Shown here: positions 1 through 9,874 of the stretch, piece after piece | How the letters are laid out: each line of letters opens with the position of its first letter | How positions within the stretch are numbered: position 1 is the first letter of the stretch | Virus record (IMG/VR): IMGVR_UViG_3300007512_000012 | Coordinates: 32,001-96,000 of that record | Length of the DNA stretch: 64,000 nucleotides | Source: a virus | Direction: 5' to 3' (one strand) | Notes under the pieces: generated by a model | What the model was told of the DNA's origin: nothing | What the model saw: the letters and a program-made list of their open reading frames with translations, nothing else | Databases searched by the model: none | Made by a program: the position numbers and the translations under genes

Positions 1-2908
1 CGAACCCGGCGAGGACACCGAGGTCGTCCGCCGCCGCGCCCTGCGCCACGATCTCCAGGTAGGCCGCCTGGTCCAGGGGACCGGGCTGGAACTGCACCTG
101 GAGGCGACCGTCGCCGTCCGCCGAGAAGATGAAGTCCGTGCCGAGGTTGGCCGCCGCCAGCGTCGCCACCGCCGACGCCGCCGCCGGGCCGATGAGGAAC
201 GTGTGGCCGCCGACCGGGGCTCCCCGGAAGGCCTCGTTGAGGTCCGTCGCCAGGTCGGTGACCGAGCTGTGCAGGGCCGCCACGGTGGCGCTCAGGGAGA
301 CCGCCGCCTGGGTGTCGCCGAGGATGCGAACGGTGATGGTGTCGAAGCCCGCACCACCGGCCAGGTCCACCGGGCCGTTGAAGCGCGTCGCGCCCTTCAG
401 GACCGGCATCGTGTCCGGGTTGTAGAGCTTGTAGGGGTCGGCCAGGACGAAGGCGTTCACGCCGTCGATGGCCGCCGTCAGGGTGACGACGCCCGTGGTC
501 CCGTTGTAGTCGAGGACCTCGCCGACCGAGCCCGCCGTGATGGCCGTCGCCCCGTTGCCGACGACGACGAGCCAGCCGTTGTAGTAGTCGTCGATGGGCA
601 CGCGGTAGGTCGCGTCCAGCTCGAAGGTCGTCGTCGCCGGGGCAGCCGCGCCCGCGACGCCGACGTGGCCGTCCGCCGCCTCGTTGATGGCCGCCGCGAT
701 GTCCGCGACCGTGGTGTTCGCCACGGCCGGGACGGTGGCGGTGATCTCCACCCCGTCCACGGTGAGGATGATCTGCTCGGCACCCGCCGTGAAGTCGGCC
801 ACGTCGAAGTCGGTGCCGTCCGGGTACTCCAGCGGCTCGCCGACGAAGTGGGCCATGACGCCCGCCGCACCACCGGAGATGGTGTCGAGGTCGGTGCCCG
901 CCGCCGGGAGGACCGTGTCGCCGTTGATGGTCATCGCCACCAGGTCGGACTCGGCGGGGATGAAGGCGTAGGGGGCCGGTCCGGCGACCGTGTACTTCGC
1001 CGGGGTGTCCGAGGTGTCCGAGAAGGTGACCGTGACCACCTCCTCCACCGGACCCTGGAAGGTCGTGCCGGAGCCGCCCTCGAAGTGCAGGTCCGGGGTC
1101 AGCTCGCTGCCGCTCGGGAACACGATGTCGATGCCGGTGAGGCCCGCCGACTTCGTGCTGTTGTCGAACGTCGGCGTGAACACGTCGTTGCTGCCGGAGT
1201 CCTGAATCGTGTAGGTCCCGACGCCGCTGACGCCGGGGATGACCACGGCCAGGGTGTAGGCCATGTCCACGATGAGGGAGTGGTAGAAGCTGGCGTAGAC
1301 GCTCGCCCCGACCGGGACGGGCTCGCGCAGCGTGACCACGCTCCCCTCGACCTTGACGGCGTCCACCTTGCCCCGTGCCAGGGCGTCGTCCACCGAGAAG
1401 CCCCAGTAGACATCGACCACGTCGGGCCGGTTCACCGGGACGCCGATGCGGTCGTTGGCGACGCTCTGGAAGAGGCTCTGCCCGAGGCTCGTCGAGCGGC
1501 CGTTGCCGAGGGTCGGGTTCAGCGGGAGCTGGAACTCGGTCGCGCTCGCGGCACCCTGCGACGACACGACGGCCGTGCAGGGGGACATGAAGGTGCGGTT
1601 GTCGATCAGGGTCGGGGTGATCTGCGTGTCGTCGAACAGCTCGGAGCCGGTCGTCGTGATGCCGCTGGCGACCAGGGCCGCCGTGCCCCACATGACCCGG
1701 TCGTTCTCCAGCACGAAGTCCGCGCCCTGGATGTACTGGCTGCCGCCCGGCACGTCGCCGACGCGGGTGAGGCTCGTCACGTTGACGTGCGCCAGGTGGT
1801 CGTAGGTGTCCTGCCAGGTGTTGAACCAGTAGGTCACCGTCACCGTCGCACCGGCCACCGGGGCCTGCGTCAGGGTGATGGCCCGCGTCGCGCCGTCCAC
1901 GCTCTCGGGGATGACCTGCGTGCCGTCCACCTTCACCGTGACGTGGCTCGGGTCGGTCGTCGTGACGCCGCCGTTGGTGCCGTCCACGATGGGGCCGTTG
2001 AAGGTGTAGAAGGTCTTGCGGCGGGTGCTCGTGCTCCCGGCCACCAGGCCGAGCAGCGCGTTCGCCGTGCCGTCGAGGACCGTCAGGTCGTGGTCGGCGT
2101 TGAGCGACAGGGTGCTCTCGCCGTGGTTGTTGACGAAGGTCGCGCCCGTCAGCGTCCCGATGCCCGCACCGGAGATCACGTTCGCGATCTGCTGCATCGT
2201 GTAGTCGGACTTGGGCGTCAGCGTCAGCGTGGTCTGCGTGCCGTCCACGACGAGGTTCAGCACGTTGTTCGCCGGGACGACCACCTGGCCGTTGGGGCCG
2301 AGGGTGTCCGCGTGGATGTCGAGGGTCGTGGTCCCCGGCGTCGGGGCGTTCACGTCCTTGATGCCGACGCTGGCCCGGATGATGGCCGCCTCGGCCGTCA
2401 CCTGGTCGGACACGTCGTCCGTGACGAGGGTGTCCTCGCGGTTGAAGAAGTAGCTGACCCGGACCAGGTCGCCGAGCTTCGGAGCCGTCGCCAGCTCGAT
2501 GATGCCGGTCGCACCCGTCACCGACAGGACCACGATGGGCAGCCCGTTGATGGTGACGCTCACGTCGCTGCGGCTGTTGCTGGTCGTGCCCCGACCCGTG
2601 CCGTCCACGATGGGCAGGTTCCGCACCTGCACCTTCGTCAGCGTGCCGTCGAAGTTGCCCCGCGTCACCGCCCCGGTCGCCGAGACGCTGACCACCGAGC
2701 GGCCGGTCATGTCCTCGCCGACGATCCGCTGGTCCACCGTGGCGGAGGAGCCGCGCACGACCTCCAGGTCGGTCTGCGAGAGGTACTCGTTGCCCTCACC
2801 GATGAGGACCGGGACCTTCAGGGACTCGATGGCCCCGATGAGCGGGTTCTCGAAGTCCGTCTCGGTGTAGACGTTGGGGGGAGCGTAGTTCAGTCCGGGG
2901 AAAGCCAT
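1..2908 (-). CDS. Tail sheath protein, very large (>969 aa, runs off the window start)
   Basis: Not in the ORF track. ATG at 2908 after GAGGTG; N-terminus MAFPGLNYAPPNVYTETDFENP...KVPVLIGEG matches the sheath Y-x-x-P-x-V-Y-x-E start; T/G/V-rich beta inserts follow. Confidence 0.75.
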   Translation of the reverse strand, partial: MAFPGLNYAPPNVYTETDFENPLIGAIESLKVPVLIGEGNEYLSQTDLEVVRGSSATVDQRIVGEDMTGRSVVSVSATGAVTRGNFDGTLTKVQVRNLPIVDGTGRGTTSNSRSDVSVTINGLPIVVLSVTGATGIIELATAPKLGDLVRVSYFFNREDTLVTDDVSDQVTAEAAIIRASVGIKDVNAPTPGTTTLDIHADTLGPNGQVVVPANNVLNLVVDGTQTTLTLTPKSDYTMQQIANVISGAGIGTLTGATFVNNHGESTLSLNADHDLTVLDGTANALLGLVAGSTSTRRKTFYTFNGPIVDGTNGGVTTTDPSHVTVKVDGTQVIPESVDGATRAITLTQAPVAGATVTVTYWFNTWQDTYDHLAHVNVTSLTRVGDVPGGSQYIQGADFVLENDRVMWGTAALVASGITTTGSELFDDTQITPTLIDNRTFMSPCTAVVSSQGAASATEFQLPLNPTLGNGRSTSLGQSLFQSVANDRIGVPVNRPDVVDVYWGFSVDDALARGKVDAVKVEGSVVTLREPVPVGASVYASFYHSLIVDMAYTLAVVIPGVSGVGTYTIQDSGSNDVFTPTFDNSTKSAGLTGIDIVFPSGSELTPDLHFEGGSGTTFQGPVEEVVTVTFSDTSDTPAKYTVAGPAPYAFIPAESDLVAMTINGDTVLPAAGTDLDTISGGAAGVMAHFVGEPLEYPDGTDFDVADFTAGAEQIILTVDGVEITATVPAVANTTVADIAAAINEAADGHVGVAGAAAPATTTFELDATYRVPIDDYYNGWLVVVGNGATAITAGSVGEVLDYNGTTGVVTLTAAIDGVNAFVLADPYKLYNPDTMPVLKGATRFNGPVDLAGGAGFDTITVRILGDTQAAVSLSATVAALHSSVTDLATDLNEAFRGAPVGGHTFLIGPAAASAVATLAAANLGTDFIFSADGDGRLQVQFQPGPLDQAAYLEIVAQGAAADDLGVLAGF

Positions 2909-3108
2909 CAGGGCACCTCACGAGTTGGTCCACGGGGTTCGAGCATCCGGCTGTCCGCATCGAATCCATCCGCCCCTTCAAGGGGGGAGGCAGATCTCCC
3001 GAAGGAGAGCACCAGCTAGTGATCCATCCAGTCGTTCATCCCCATCGTGACCATCTCCCCGCAGGGAGAGGAGGTGCCCAGGCGTCGTCCCGAAGAACTC
3101 GCCCTTCG

Positions 3109-3129
3109 CTGTAACTGCTGCGGGATAGC
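3109..3129 (-). promoter_or_regulatory. Putative late-promoter copy (GCTAT-N12-ACAG) upstream of the sheath gene
   Basis: Degenerate copy of the CCTAT-N12-RYAG motif. Confidence 0.55.
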
Positions 3130-3133
3130 CTAA

Positions 3134-3562
3134 CTAACGGCTGTCCCGCTTCCACTCGCCCGCCTTCTCGTGGATCTTCTGTGCTCGGTCGTGGACTGCA
3201 CGCTCCTCCGGCTTGAGCACGCCGTAGCTGCCGTCCGGCCGCTTCGAGAGGTCCTTGCCGGTGACCCCCTCGGCGGCCATGACCTCTTCCTTCTGCCGCT
3301 TCCGGCCCTCGGCGACATCCCACCCCTGGCGGGAGGACTGGCCGATCACGCGATCGATGTGCGTGTCCAGGTCGTGGATGCCGGTGTTCTGCGGGCCGGG
3401 GCCGTCCACGTTCTTGTTGAAGTGCCCGGCCACCGTCGAAGGCGGCATCGGAGGGGCGTCCTCGCCACAGTCCGGGCACTCCTTCGGCTTCCGCCGGTCG
3501 GCGACAGGCGCACGCCCGTCGAAGCGCACGCCACAGGCGCACTGGTACTCGTAGGTGGGCAT
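3134..3562 (-). CDS. FmdB-family zinc-ribbon protein
   Basis: MPTYEYQCACGVRF...CPDCG signature. Confidence 0.8.
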   Translation of the reverse strand: MPTYEYQCACGVRFDGRAPVADRRKPKECPDCGEDAPPMPPSTVAGHFNKNVDGPGPQNTGIHDLDTHIDRVIGQSSRQGWDVAEGRKRQKEEVMAAEGVTGKDLSKRPDGSYGVLKPEERAVHDRAQKIHEKAGEWKRDSR

Positions 3563-3852
3563 CAGCAGAACCTCCCGACGAGCATCTTCCGGCCTTCCGG
3601 GGTGCGGATGAGCCCACGAAGGGTCGGCTCCGTCTGCACCTCCAGTTCCTCGACCGACAGCGGCGGCCCGAGAGCTTCGTCGATGGTGTGGGAGAGCGCG
3701 TTCAGGTTGATGAGGTGGTGCTTCTCATCGGTGTGGTCGATGAACCCGATGCTCCGCCTCACCGTCTCGTCGGCGGAGACGAGTTCGTGCCCCCGGCAGG
3801 CTTCGAGCTGGTCGAACCAGGACTTCGCCGTCTTGTGTCGTACTTCTTCCAT
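3562..3852 (-). CDS. Hypothetical protein
   Basis: 96 aa; stop overlaps the next start. Confidence 0.6.
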   Translation of the reverse strand: MEEVRHKTAKSWFDQLEACRGHELVSADETVRRSIGFIDHTDEKHHLINLNALSHTIDEALGPPLSVEELEVQTEPTLRGLIRTPEGRKMLVGRFC

Positions 3853-3858
3853 CGGGTC

Positions 3859-5073
3859 CTACTTGATCATCGGGAAGGTGCCTGCCTTGCCCGACCAGAA
3901 GGGGTCCTGCACGGCCTGGACACCAAGGTCTTCCAGTGCCTTGATGTTACCGTCCTCCCCCCGAAGTTCATCATCGGACAGGGCCTCGATCTCCGCTGCC
4001 TGCTCCCGCGTCAGCGGAGCGGCCTGCCGGAGCCAGCCGTCGATGGGGACGTGAAGGGACCAGTCGGTCTGGCAGGTGATCGAGAAGTTCGCGTTGTAGA
4101 AGTAGTCGTCGCCGTTCTCGTCGTACACCTCCTCCGACTCCCCGCCCAGCGAGACATCGGTGATCTCGATGCCCTGGTGGGACAGGTGGGATCGGAGGAC
4201 GCCCCACAGGTACACGACCGTCTGATCGACGATCTCCTGCTGCGAGTACACGTCGCGGCTCATCACGTCGCAGTCGAGCTGCAACTCCCACTTGCCGCCG
4301 TACTCCAGGGCCGCCGGGCGGCGGATGTCGTGGACCACGATGGCGAGCTGGTCACCGGCCTGTGCCCGGCGACCGAAGGCCAGCACCACGCCCGGCAGGG
4401 CGGTGTTGTTGGCGTGCATCTCGGTGATGGGGTACGGCCCCTGCGACTCCAGCGGGTAGCGGTAGTCGGCCTGCAACCACCGCCCACCCGTCAGCGGCCT
4501 CGCCAGGGTGATGCCCCCGGTGAGCTGCTCGCCTCCGGCGTCGGTGTCCAGGGTGTAGCCCACCCCCTCGGTCATGCGGAAGCCGGAGGGCTGCTCGAAC
4601 AGGCGGAGGCTGCCCGGCAGCGGGGCCTGCGCAAGCTGTGCCGTCGTATCGGTGAGCAGGGTGACCGGCTCGCGGACCACCTCGATGAGCGGGTCCACGT
4701 AGAAGACCAGGCTCCCGGCCTCCTCCACGATGTCGATGTAGTAGATGCCGGGGTCGGTCGGGAACAGGCCGCCGTTGTTCTGGACCGCGACGGCATCCTC
4801 GCGCACCCACTCCAGCGAGAGGCCGGGCTTGTTCTTGACCTTGGTGAGCAGGCAGTAGCTCTCGACGACGCCGACGTAGTTGTCGGCGGAGAGGTCCACC
4901 CGGTTGCCCGAGCCGGTCTTGATGATGATCCCGTGCTGCGGGCGCTCCTTGAAGCTGAACTTCCCCTGGATGTTCTCGACCAGGTCGTCGCGGTACTTCG
5001 GGTGGTAGGACCAGTAGCGACGCAGCTCTTCGATGAAGCGTCGCTTCAGCGCCTCGGTGAGCTGGAAGTACAT
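3859..5073 (-). CDS. Putative neck / tail-terminator-like structural protein
   Basis: 404 aa, GGAGG RBS, close to the sheath gene; beta-rich C-terminus (YFYNANFSITCQTDW). Confidence 0.5.
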   Translation of the reverse strand: MYFQLTEALKRRFIEELRRYWSYHPKYRDDLVENIQGKFSFKERPQHGIIIKTGSGNRVDLSADNYVGVVESYCLLTKVKNKPGLSLEWVREDAVAVQNNGGLFPTDPGIYYIDIVEEAGSLVFYVDPLIEVVREPVTLLTDTTAQLAQAPLPGSLRLFEQPSGFRMTEGVGYTLDTDAGGEQLTGGITLARPLTGGRWLQADYRYPLESQGPYPITEMHANNTALPGVVLAFGRRAQAGDQLAIVVHDIRRPAALEYGGKWELQLDCDVMSRDVYSQQEIVDQTVVYLWGVLRSHLSHQGIEITDVSLGGESEEVYDENGDDYFYNANFSITCQTDWSLHVPIDGWLRQAAPLTREQAAEIEALSDDELRGEDGNIKALEDLGVQAVQDPFWSGKAGTFPMIK

Positions 5074-5093
5074 GGCGTCGCCTCCACGGGGGT

Positions 5094-5114
5094 CTACCCT
5101 CCGCCGTCGATAGG
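5094..5114 (-). promoter_or_regulatory. Putative late promoter CCTAT-N12-GTAG
   Basis: Exact motif ending 21 nt upstream of ATG 5073. Confidence 0.7.
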
Positions 5115-5315
5115 CGAATCAGGGAGGGCCACCACGACAGGGGCCTCGTGGCAGGGGCAGTCGCAGAGGATCTCGACCCCCTCCAGCCGGTGCTCGGAGC
5201 CCGTGCAAGCGAAGGTCGTCTCGTTGTCCGCCTCGGAGGCGCAGACGAACCTGTAGTCCTTGCCCTGGTGCGGGACGGATCGTTCCGGGTCGCAGAGCCG
5301 AGCCCGGATCTGCAT
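5094..5315 (-). CDS. Small Cys-rich hypothetical protein
   Basis: 73 aa with CDCPCH; translationally coupled. Confidence 0.5.
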   Translation of the reverse strand: MQIRARLCDPERSVPHQGKDYRFVCASEADNETTFACTGSEHRLEGVEILCDCPCHEAPVVVALPDSPIDGGG

Positions 5316-5551
5316 CAGTCGGTCTTCTTCCCGGTCAGCACGGTGACGGTGAGCTTGTCGGGCACCAGCTCGACCACGTTGCCCGCCCCGTCCGTCTTCT
5401 TGTGGACCTCGCGGCTCTGCTCGATGTGCAGCTCGTCGAAGTCGAACACCGTCTTCGGCACGTCCGGGTCGGCGAACTCGACGGTCACCCGTGCGCCCTG
5501 CGCGGGCCGCTCGTCCAGAAAAGAAACCTGCTCGAAGCCTTCGTCGCTCAT
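5315..5551 (-). CDS. Hypothetical protein (78 aa)
   Basis: MSDEGFEQ start overlaps the actin stop (ATGA); the upstream part of the tracked ORF is a shadow frame. Confidence 0.6.
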   Translation of the reverse strand: MSDEGFEQVSFLDERPAQGARVTVEFADPDVPKTVFDFDELHIEQSREVHKKTDGAGNVVELVPDKLTVTVLTGKKTD

Positions 5552-6558
5552 TCCTCGTACTCCTGCATCGCCTGGACCAGCATCCCGAAGGCGACGGCGT
5601 TGAGGGGGTCCTTGGCCGCGCGGACTTCGCTGACCTCGATGGGGAACTTGCGCTTCTTCTTCCGCCAGACCTTGTTGAAGAGGTCGAGGAAGCTGCCCGC
5701 CTGGCTCGTGCCGCCGGAGACGATGATCGGGATCGGCTTCGGGAAGGTGTACTGCCCGGCCTTCGAGGCGAAGTGGGCCACGACCTGGTCGAGCGCGAAC
5801 TCGATCATCGCCTTGTAGTACAGGGCGAGCGCCTCCTCCGGCTGCGTCTCGTGCGTCACCAGGTCGATGCCCGCCTCCTTGAGGGCGCACATCTGAGCCT
5901 GCGTCATGCCCACCGCCTGAGCGGCGTGCTTGTCGATCCAGTCCCCACCCCGCTGCACGGAGAAGGACAGCACCTCGGTCGTGTTCAGGGCCAGGGCCAC
6001 GTTCGTCATGCCCGAGCCGAAGCTGAAGGACAGGCCGCTGAAGCCCTCGGGGGCGCACTCGGAGAAGATGATCGCCATCGCCTCGTTCGCGGGGAACGGG
6101 TCGAAGCCGCACTCCTCCACGATGCGCTCGAAGACGCCCCGGTGGTAGATGATGTCCCGGTCCGGCTGGTCCAGGGGCGGAGCGGGCACCGAGAAGTAGC
6201 AGACCTCGTCGGAGGTCGCGGGGTCGCCGAGCACGTTCTGGATGAGCAGCTTCAGCACGCCGAGGGCGTCCTGCTCGCTGGCGGAGATCAGGCCCCCGGC
6301 CAGCGGGCGTCGCGGATCGCCGCCGAAGACGTTCGCCATCTCCATCGCCGCGTCGCCGAGGATGAGCATGTCGTCCTCACGCTCGACGTAGCTCGTGTCC
6401 GAGAGCTTGAGCATCCGGCTCTTGCTCTTCGGCAAGGACATGAAGGCGTCGCGCATCCGCTTCGTCTCGATGCCGCTGGCGGCCCGGCGAGCGGAGACGA
6501 TGTTCATCGTCCCGATGTCCAGCCCGACCCCGAAGGTCTGCTTCTTCTTCGCGCTCAT
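5548..6558 (-). CDS. Actin-fold ATPase (MreB/MamK/FtsA-like superfamily)
   Basis: Phosphate-1 VGLDIGTMNI, connect-1 NEAMA, phosphate-2 SFGSGMTN, GGDWID, adenosine IVSGGTS, connect-2 DPLNAVAFG. Confidence 0.88.
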   Translation of the reverse strand: MSAKKKQTFGVGLDIGTMNIVSARRAASGIETKRMRDAFMSLPKSKSRMLKLSDTSYVEREDDMLILGDAAMEMANVFGGDPRRPLAGGLISASEQDALGVLKLLIQNVLGDPATSDEVCYFSVPAPPLDQPDRDIIYHRGVFERIVEECGFDPFPANEAMAIIFSECAPEGFSGLSFSFGSGMTNVALALNTTEVLSFSVQRGGDWIDKHAAQAVGMTQAQMCALKEAGIDLVTHETQPEEALALYYKAMIEFALDQVVAHFASKAGQYTFPKPIPIIVSGGTSQAGSFLDLFNKVWRKKKRKFPIEVSEVRAAKDPLNAVAFGMLVQAMQEYEE

Positions 6559-7211
6559 TCCGGCTTCTCCGTGCGTCGTTTCTTACCAGCCCCACGGGCT
6601 GCCCGCAGAGCGGCTGCTGCGTCCGACACTACCCCTTCGTCCGCCTTCTCCGACTCCAGCCCCAGATCGGCCTGGAGTCCGTCGATCTTCGACGGGACGA
6701 ACACGGGCACGTCTCCATCGACAGGCACCGTACCCGCCTGCGGGGCCTGTGCCGCCACCTGCTGCACCGGATTGACTTTCAGGGACGCCAGGACCCCCTC
6801 GACCACGCGGGCCACGAGACGGTCTTCGAGGGCCTGTACCTGGCGACCCACCTCTACCCGCACGGCGGCCGTGATGGGGTTGCGGCCCAGCTCGTGAACG
6901 ACCCGTGCGGCGATCTCGCCAGGGTCCACGATGACGATCTCGGTGGTCGCCTCGTCAATGGGCTCCGGCGGAGCTGCGACCATGCCGCGAGCCGGGATGA
7001 GGGGGTGCGGGGCCACGGGGGCCTTCCTGCGCTCCTTGAATCGCTCGACGTACTTCACCGCCACCGCGCCTACTCGCCAGGCCCTCTGCATGTCCTTCGA
7101 GGCACGGGCCTTCGCGGCGTCCATGAACACCACCTGACCCCTCGTCAGGTGCAGGTCCAGGTCGGACAGGGTGATCCCCTGGCACTCGCACTCGATGCGG
7201 GCCTCGATCAC
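6555..7211 (-). CDS. Hypothetical protein, coupled to the actin gene
   Basis: Probable GTG start at 7211 overlapping the upstream stop; own stop overlaps the actin ATG. Confidence 0.65.
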   Translation of the reverse strand: MIEARIECECQGITLSDLDLHLTRGQVVFMDAAKARASKDMQRAWRVGAVAVKYVERFKERRKAPVAPHPLIPARGMVAAPPEPIDEATTEIVIVDPGEIAARVVHELGRNPITAAVRVEVGRQVQALEDRLVARVVEGVLASLKVNPVQQVAAQAPQAGTVPVDGDVPVFVPSKIDGLQADLGLESEKADEGVVSDAAAALRAARGAGKKRRTEKPE

Positions 7212-7822
7212 TGGCTCAACGCCTTGACGACGCCCTTGAGAGCCTCCGCCTGGAGGATCTTGATGCACCCGGCCTTGCCCGTCCTGACCGCGCGCTCGAT
7301 GAACGTGAAGCGGGCGATACCGGGGTGGACCCAGGCGTCCTCCAACTTCAGCGGGGCCGTTCGGAAGACCACCGTGCCACCTCCTCGGGGCTTGATGGGG
7401 ACCACCAAAGGCATCCGGTCCCCGTCTCGCACCCTACCCGCCCGCTTCATCCCCTTCTTCTTCTCGGCGTCCGTCAGCGGGTAGCGGGTGGGCCTGGTGT
7501 TCTTCGCCTCCTGGGTGAGCCAGGTCATCCGGTAGCGGGGGGTGTTGCGGGTGGTCAGCTCGTCGAGGTGGGGGTACGTGCTCAGGACTTCGAGGGTGCT
7601 CTCCCCCCGGATCTTGAAGCTGAACGAGTCCCAGATCATGGCCGAGCCGTCCTCGGCCTCACCCGACCAGCCTCGCTTGGCGAAGTCCTTCTTCGCCTCC
7701 TTGATGAAGGCGTCCACCAGGCACTCGCCGAGCTTCTCCAGCAGGTCCCTGGTGACCGGGATCTGCATCTTGCTCGCGACGGGGCCACCGTAGACGCCCC
7801 GGATTCGTCCGAGGTCGCCCAT
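7208..7822 (-). CDS. Putative neck / tail-completion protein
   Basis: Basic 204 aa with a W-x-HPG...F-x-ERAV C-terminal motif typical of neck proteins; position fits. Confidence 0.5.
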   Translation of the reverse strand: MGDLGRIRGVYGGPVASKMQIPVTRDLLEKLGECLVDAFIKEAKKDFAKRGWSGEAEDGSAMIWDSFSFKIRGESTLEVLSTYPHLDELTTRNTPRYRMTWLTQEAKNTRPTRYPLTDAEKKKGMKRAGRVRDGDRMPLVVPIKPRGGGTVVFRTAPLKLEDAWVHPGIARFTFIERAVRTGKAGCIKILQAEALKGVVKALSQ

Positions 7823-9228
7823 CAGTATTCGGTGTTCTCCCAGACCCTCGTGCGGCCCCTGCGCTCGTTCTCGTCGCAGATCTCAGCCTTCTCGGTCTGC
7901 ATCGGGTGCTGCGCATCGGTGCCCACAGGCCACGGGGCCGGACCCGCCATCGGGTGGTCCACCGGCTGCGGCGTGAAGGGCCGCACGCAGTGCTGGCCGC
8001 GAGTCTCGGGCCAGGCCAGTTCGGTCGTGCCGTAGACCGGGACCTTGTAGCGGATGTCGCCCTGGTCCAGGTAGGCGATGTTGAAGTGCTGCTGCATCAG
8101 GTTGCCCCGATGGGAAGGCCGCCGCACCGGACCGACCGAGTACCGCTCGTTGGTCTGCTTGATCACGAAGTCGCGCTGCGTGAGCAGCGGGCTCGGGCCG
8201 GTCCACACCTCGTAGGTGTGCTCCTTCCGCCGCCCGGACACCGCCTGCGAGATCCGCCGCTCGGCGTCGTCGGGGACGATGATGACCTCGTAGGGGCCTT
8301 CGTACCCGCCCTTGAAGCCCGTGCCGAAGCACGTCAGGCAGCGGTTCGAGGGCTGCTTGCTGTACTCCCTGGTCTTGTCCTCGATGGTGCAGTCGCAGGG
8401 GATGCCGAGGATCTTGCGGACGAACATCTTCACCCGCTCGCCGCCCTGCTGGAGAATCCAGGCGTTCCGCCGCATGGCCTCACGCCAGATGTAGTCCAGC
8501 TCCTCCACCTGGACGACGGACTTCGGCTCGGCCCACTCCAGGGGCGACTCGACGTACCCGCTCGGGGTCGTGGCGTCCACGGCGACCGTGGTCACCCTGT
8601 ACCAGATGTTGTGCTCCAGCCCGGACGGGACGTGGTTCGTCGGCGTGTAGTAGCTGATCTCCACCCGGTCGGCCTCGGTGGGCAAGACCGGGTCCACCTG
8701 CTGCTCGGTGCCCACGTCGAAGGTCGGCCGGTTGATGAGCGTGACCTCGCCGGTCTTCCCGAAGACCGTCTCGACCACCACCTCTTCGCCGTTGACGAAG
8801 AGCTGCACGTCGGTCGGCGAGTCCGCGAAGTTCACGTCCTGGTTGGGGGCCGAGTCGTACCGCTTCGCGATGGGGTTCTTGGTGCAGAACACCCATCGCC
8901 GGTCGTTCGGGGCGTCGCCCCGGTAGCGCCAGCTCGACCCCCACACCACCGTCTCCTTGGTGACGCGGGAGTAGTTCGTGCGGTCGCGGTAGAACCCGCC
9001 GCCGATGGGGAACTCGTTGATGCGGCGGAACGGGCCTCGGTCAGACGCCTCGGAGCGGTAGATGTTGACCCCGACGATGGTGAAGCCCGCGTTGCGGGCA
9101 AGCACAGAGGGGTCCTCCCACCGGATGTCGAGCATCCCGATGACGTAGGGGCTGACGACCTGCGGGTTCTTTGGGGGGAGCGGCTTGCCTGCCGCCCCCG
9201 CGCTCGTCCACTGCCACGCGGTCGTCAT
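7822..9228 (-). CDS. Putative head-closure protein with an FN3-like N-terminal part
   Basis: VGVNIYRSE...WYRVTTVAVD FN3-like motifs; CDC...CLTCFGTGFKGGY zinc motif; WTGPSPLLTQRDFVI...ERYSV. Confidence 0.55.
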   Translation of the reverse strand: MTTAWQWTSAGAAGKPLPPKNPQVVSPYVIGMLDIRWEDPSVLARNAGFTIVGVNIYRSEASDRGPFRRINEFPIGGGFYRDRTNYSRVTKETVVWGSSWRYRGDAPNDRRWVFCTKNPIAKRYDSAPNQDVNFADSPTDVQLFVNGEEVVVETVFGKTGEVTLINRPTFDVGTEQQVDPVLPTEADRVEISYYTPTNHVPSGLEHNIWYRVTTVAVDATTPSGYVESPLEWAEPKSVVQVEELDYIWREAMRRNAWILQQGGERVKMFVRKILGIPCDCTIEDKTREYSKQPSNRCLTCFGTGFKGGYEGPYEVIIVPDDAERRISQAVSGRRKEHTYEVWTGPSPLLTQRDFVIKQTNERYSVGPVRRPSHRGNLMQQHFNIAYLDQGDIRYKVPVYGTTELAWPETRGQHCVRPFTPQPVDHPMAGPAPWPVGTDAQHPMQTEKAEICDENERRGRTRVWENTEY

Positions 9229-9240
9229 CTACACCTCGTA

Positions 9241-9615
9241 TCACCCCGCTTCGGGGGCCTCCGGGGCCTCGGGGTTGTCGGCGGGCGGGTTGGGCACCGG
9301 GCGGAGGATCGGGGGAGCCCCGACCTGCACGGCCTTGCCGTCCTGCGTCACCGACCAGGCGGTCCCCTCGGGGATGCCGAGCCGCTTGCCCTCCTCCATC
9401 ACCACCTGGTTCGTCGCGTTCTCCAGGCGACGAAGCTGATCCATCAGCCGGTGCTCCTGCACCCGGTGGACGCCGATCTGGTGGACCGTCTGATCCGCCT
9501 GCTGCTTCAGGCCGGTGAGCTTCGCCAGGGCCTCGGGGAGAACCTCGCCGAGGACGATCTGGCCGGGCTGGCCGGGGTGCTGCTGGACGGTCGCGTTGTT
9601 GTTGTCGTCGCTCAT
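9241..9615 (-). CDS. Small coiled-coil hypothetical protein
   Basis: Heptad-like segment; GGAAG RBS. Confidence 0.6.
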   Translation of the reverse strand: MSDDNNNATVQQHPGQPGQIVLGEVLPEALAKLTGLKQQADQTVHQIGVHRVQEHRLMDQLRRLENATNQVVMEEGKRLGIPEGTAWSVTQDGKAVQVGAPPILRPVPNPPADNPEAPEAPEAG

Positions 9616-9649
9616 GTTTCCTTCCGGGTTCGGGTAGCCGAGCGCCACC

Positions 9650-9874
9650 CTACCCCTCTGGCCCCTGGAGGCTCTCGCTCAGCCGCCGCAGCCGCGTCAG
9701 GAAGTTGATCAGGTGGACCCCGACCTTGCTCTTCATCCGCAACCGCTTCGGCGGGCTGATGATGTTCGGAGCCCGCGTGAAGGAGTAGTAGACGACGCCT
9801 TCGTCGTCCCTGTACTCGTAGACCCGCTGCCCGAAGGCCGCCTGGATCTCGCGCTTGGTCGGGTGCTCGCTCAC
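9650..9874 (-). CDS. Hypothetical protein
   Basis: GTG start overlapping the upstream stop. Confidence 0.55.
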   Translation of the reverse strand: MSEHPTKREIQAAFGQRVYEYRDDEGVVYYSFTRAPNIISPPKRLRMKSKVGVHLINFLTRLRRLSESLQGPEG

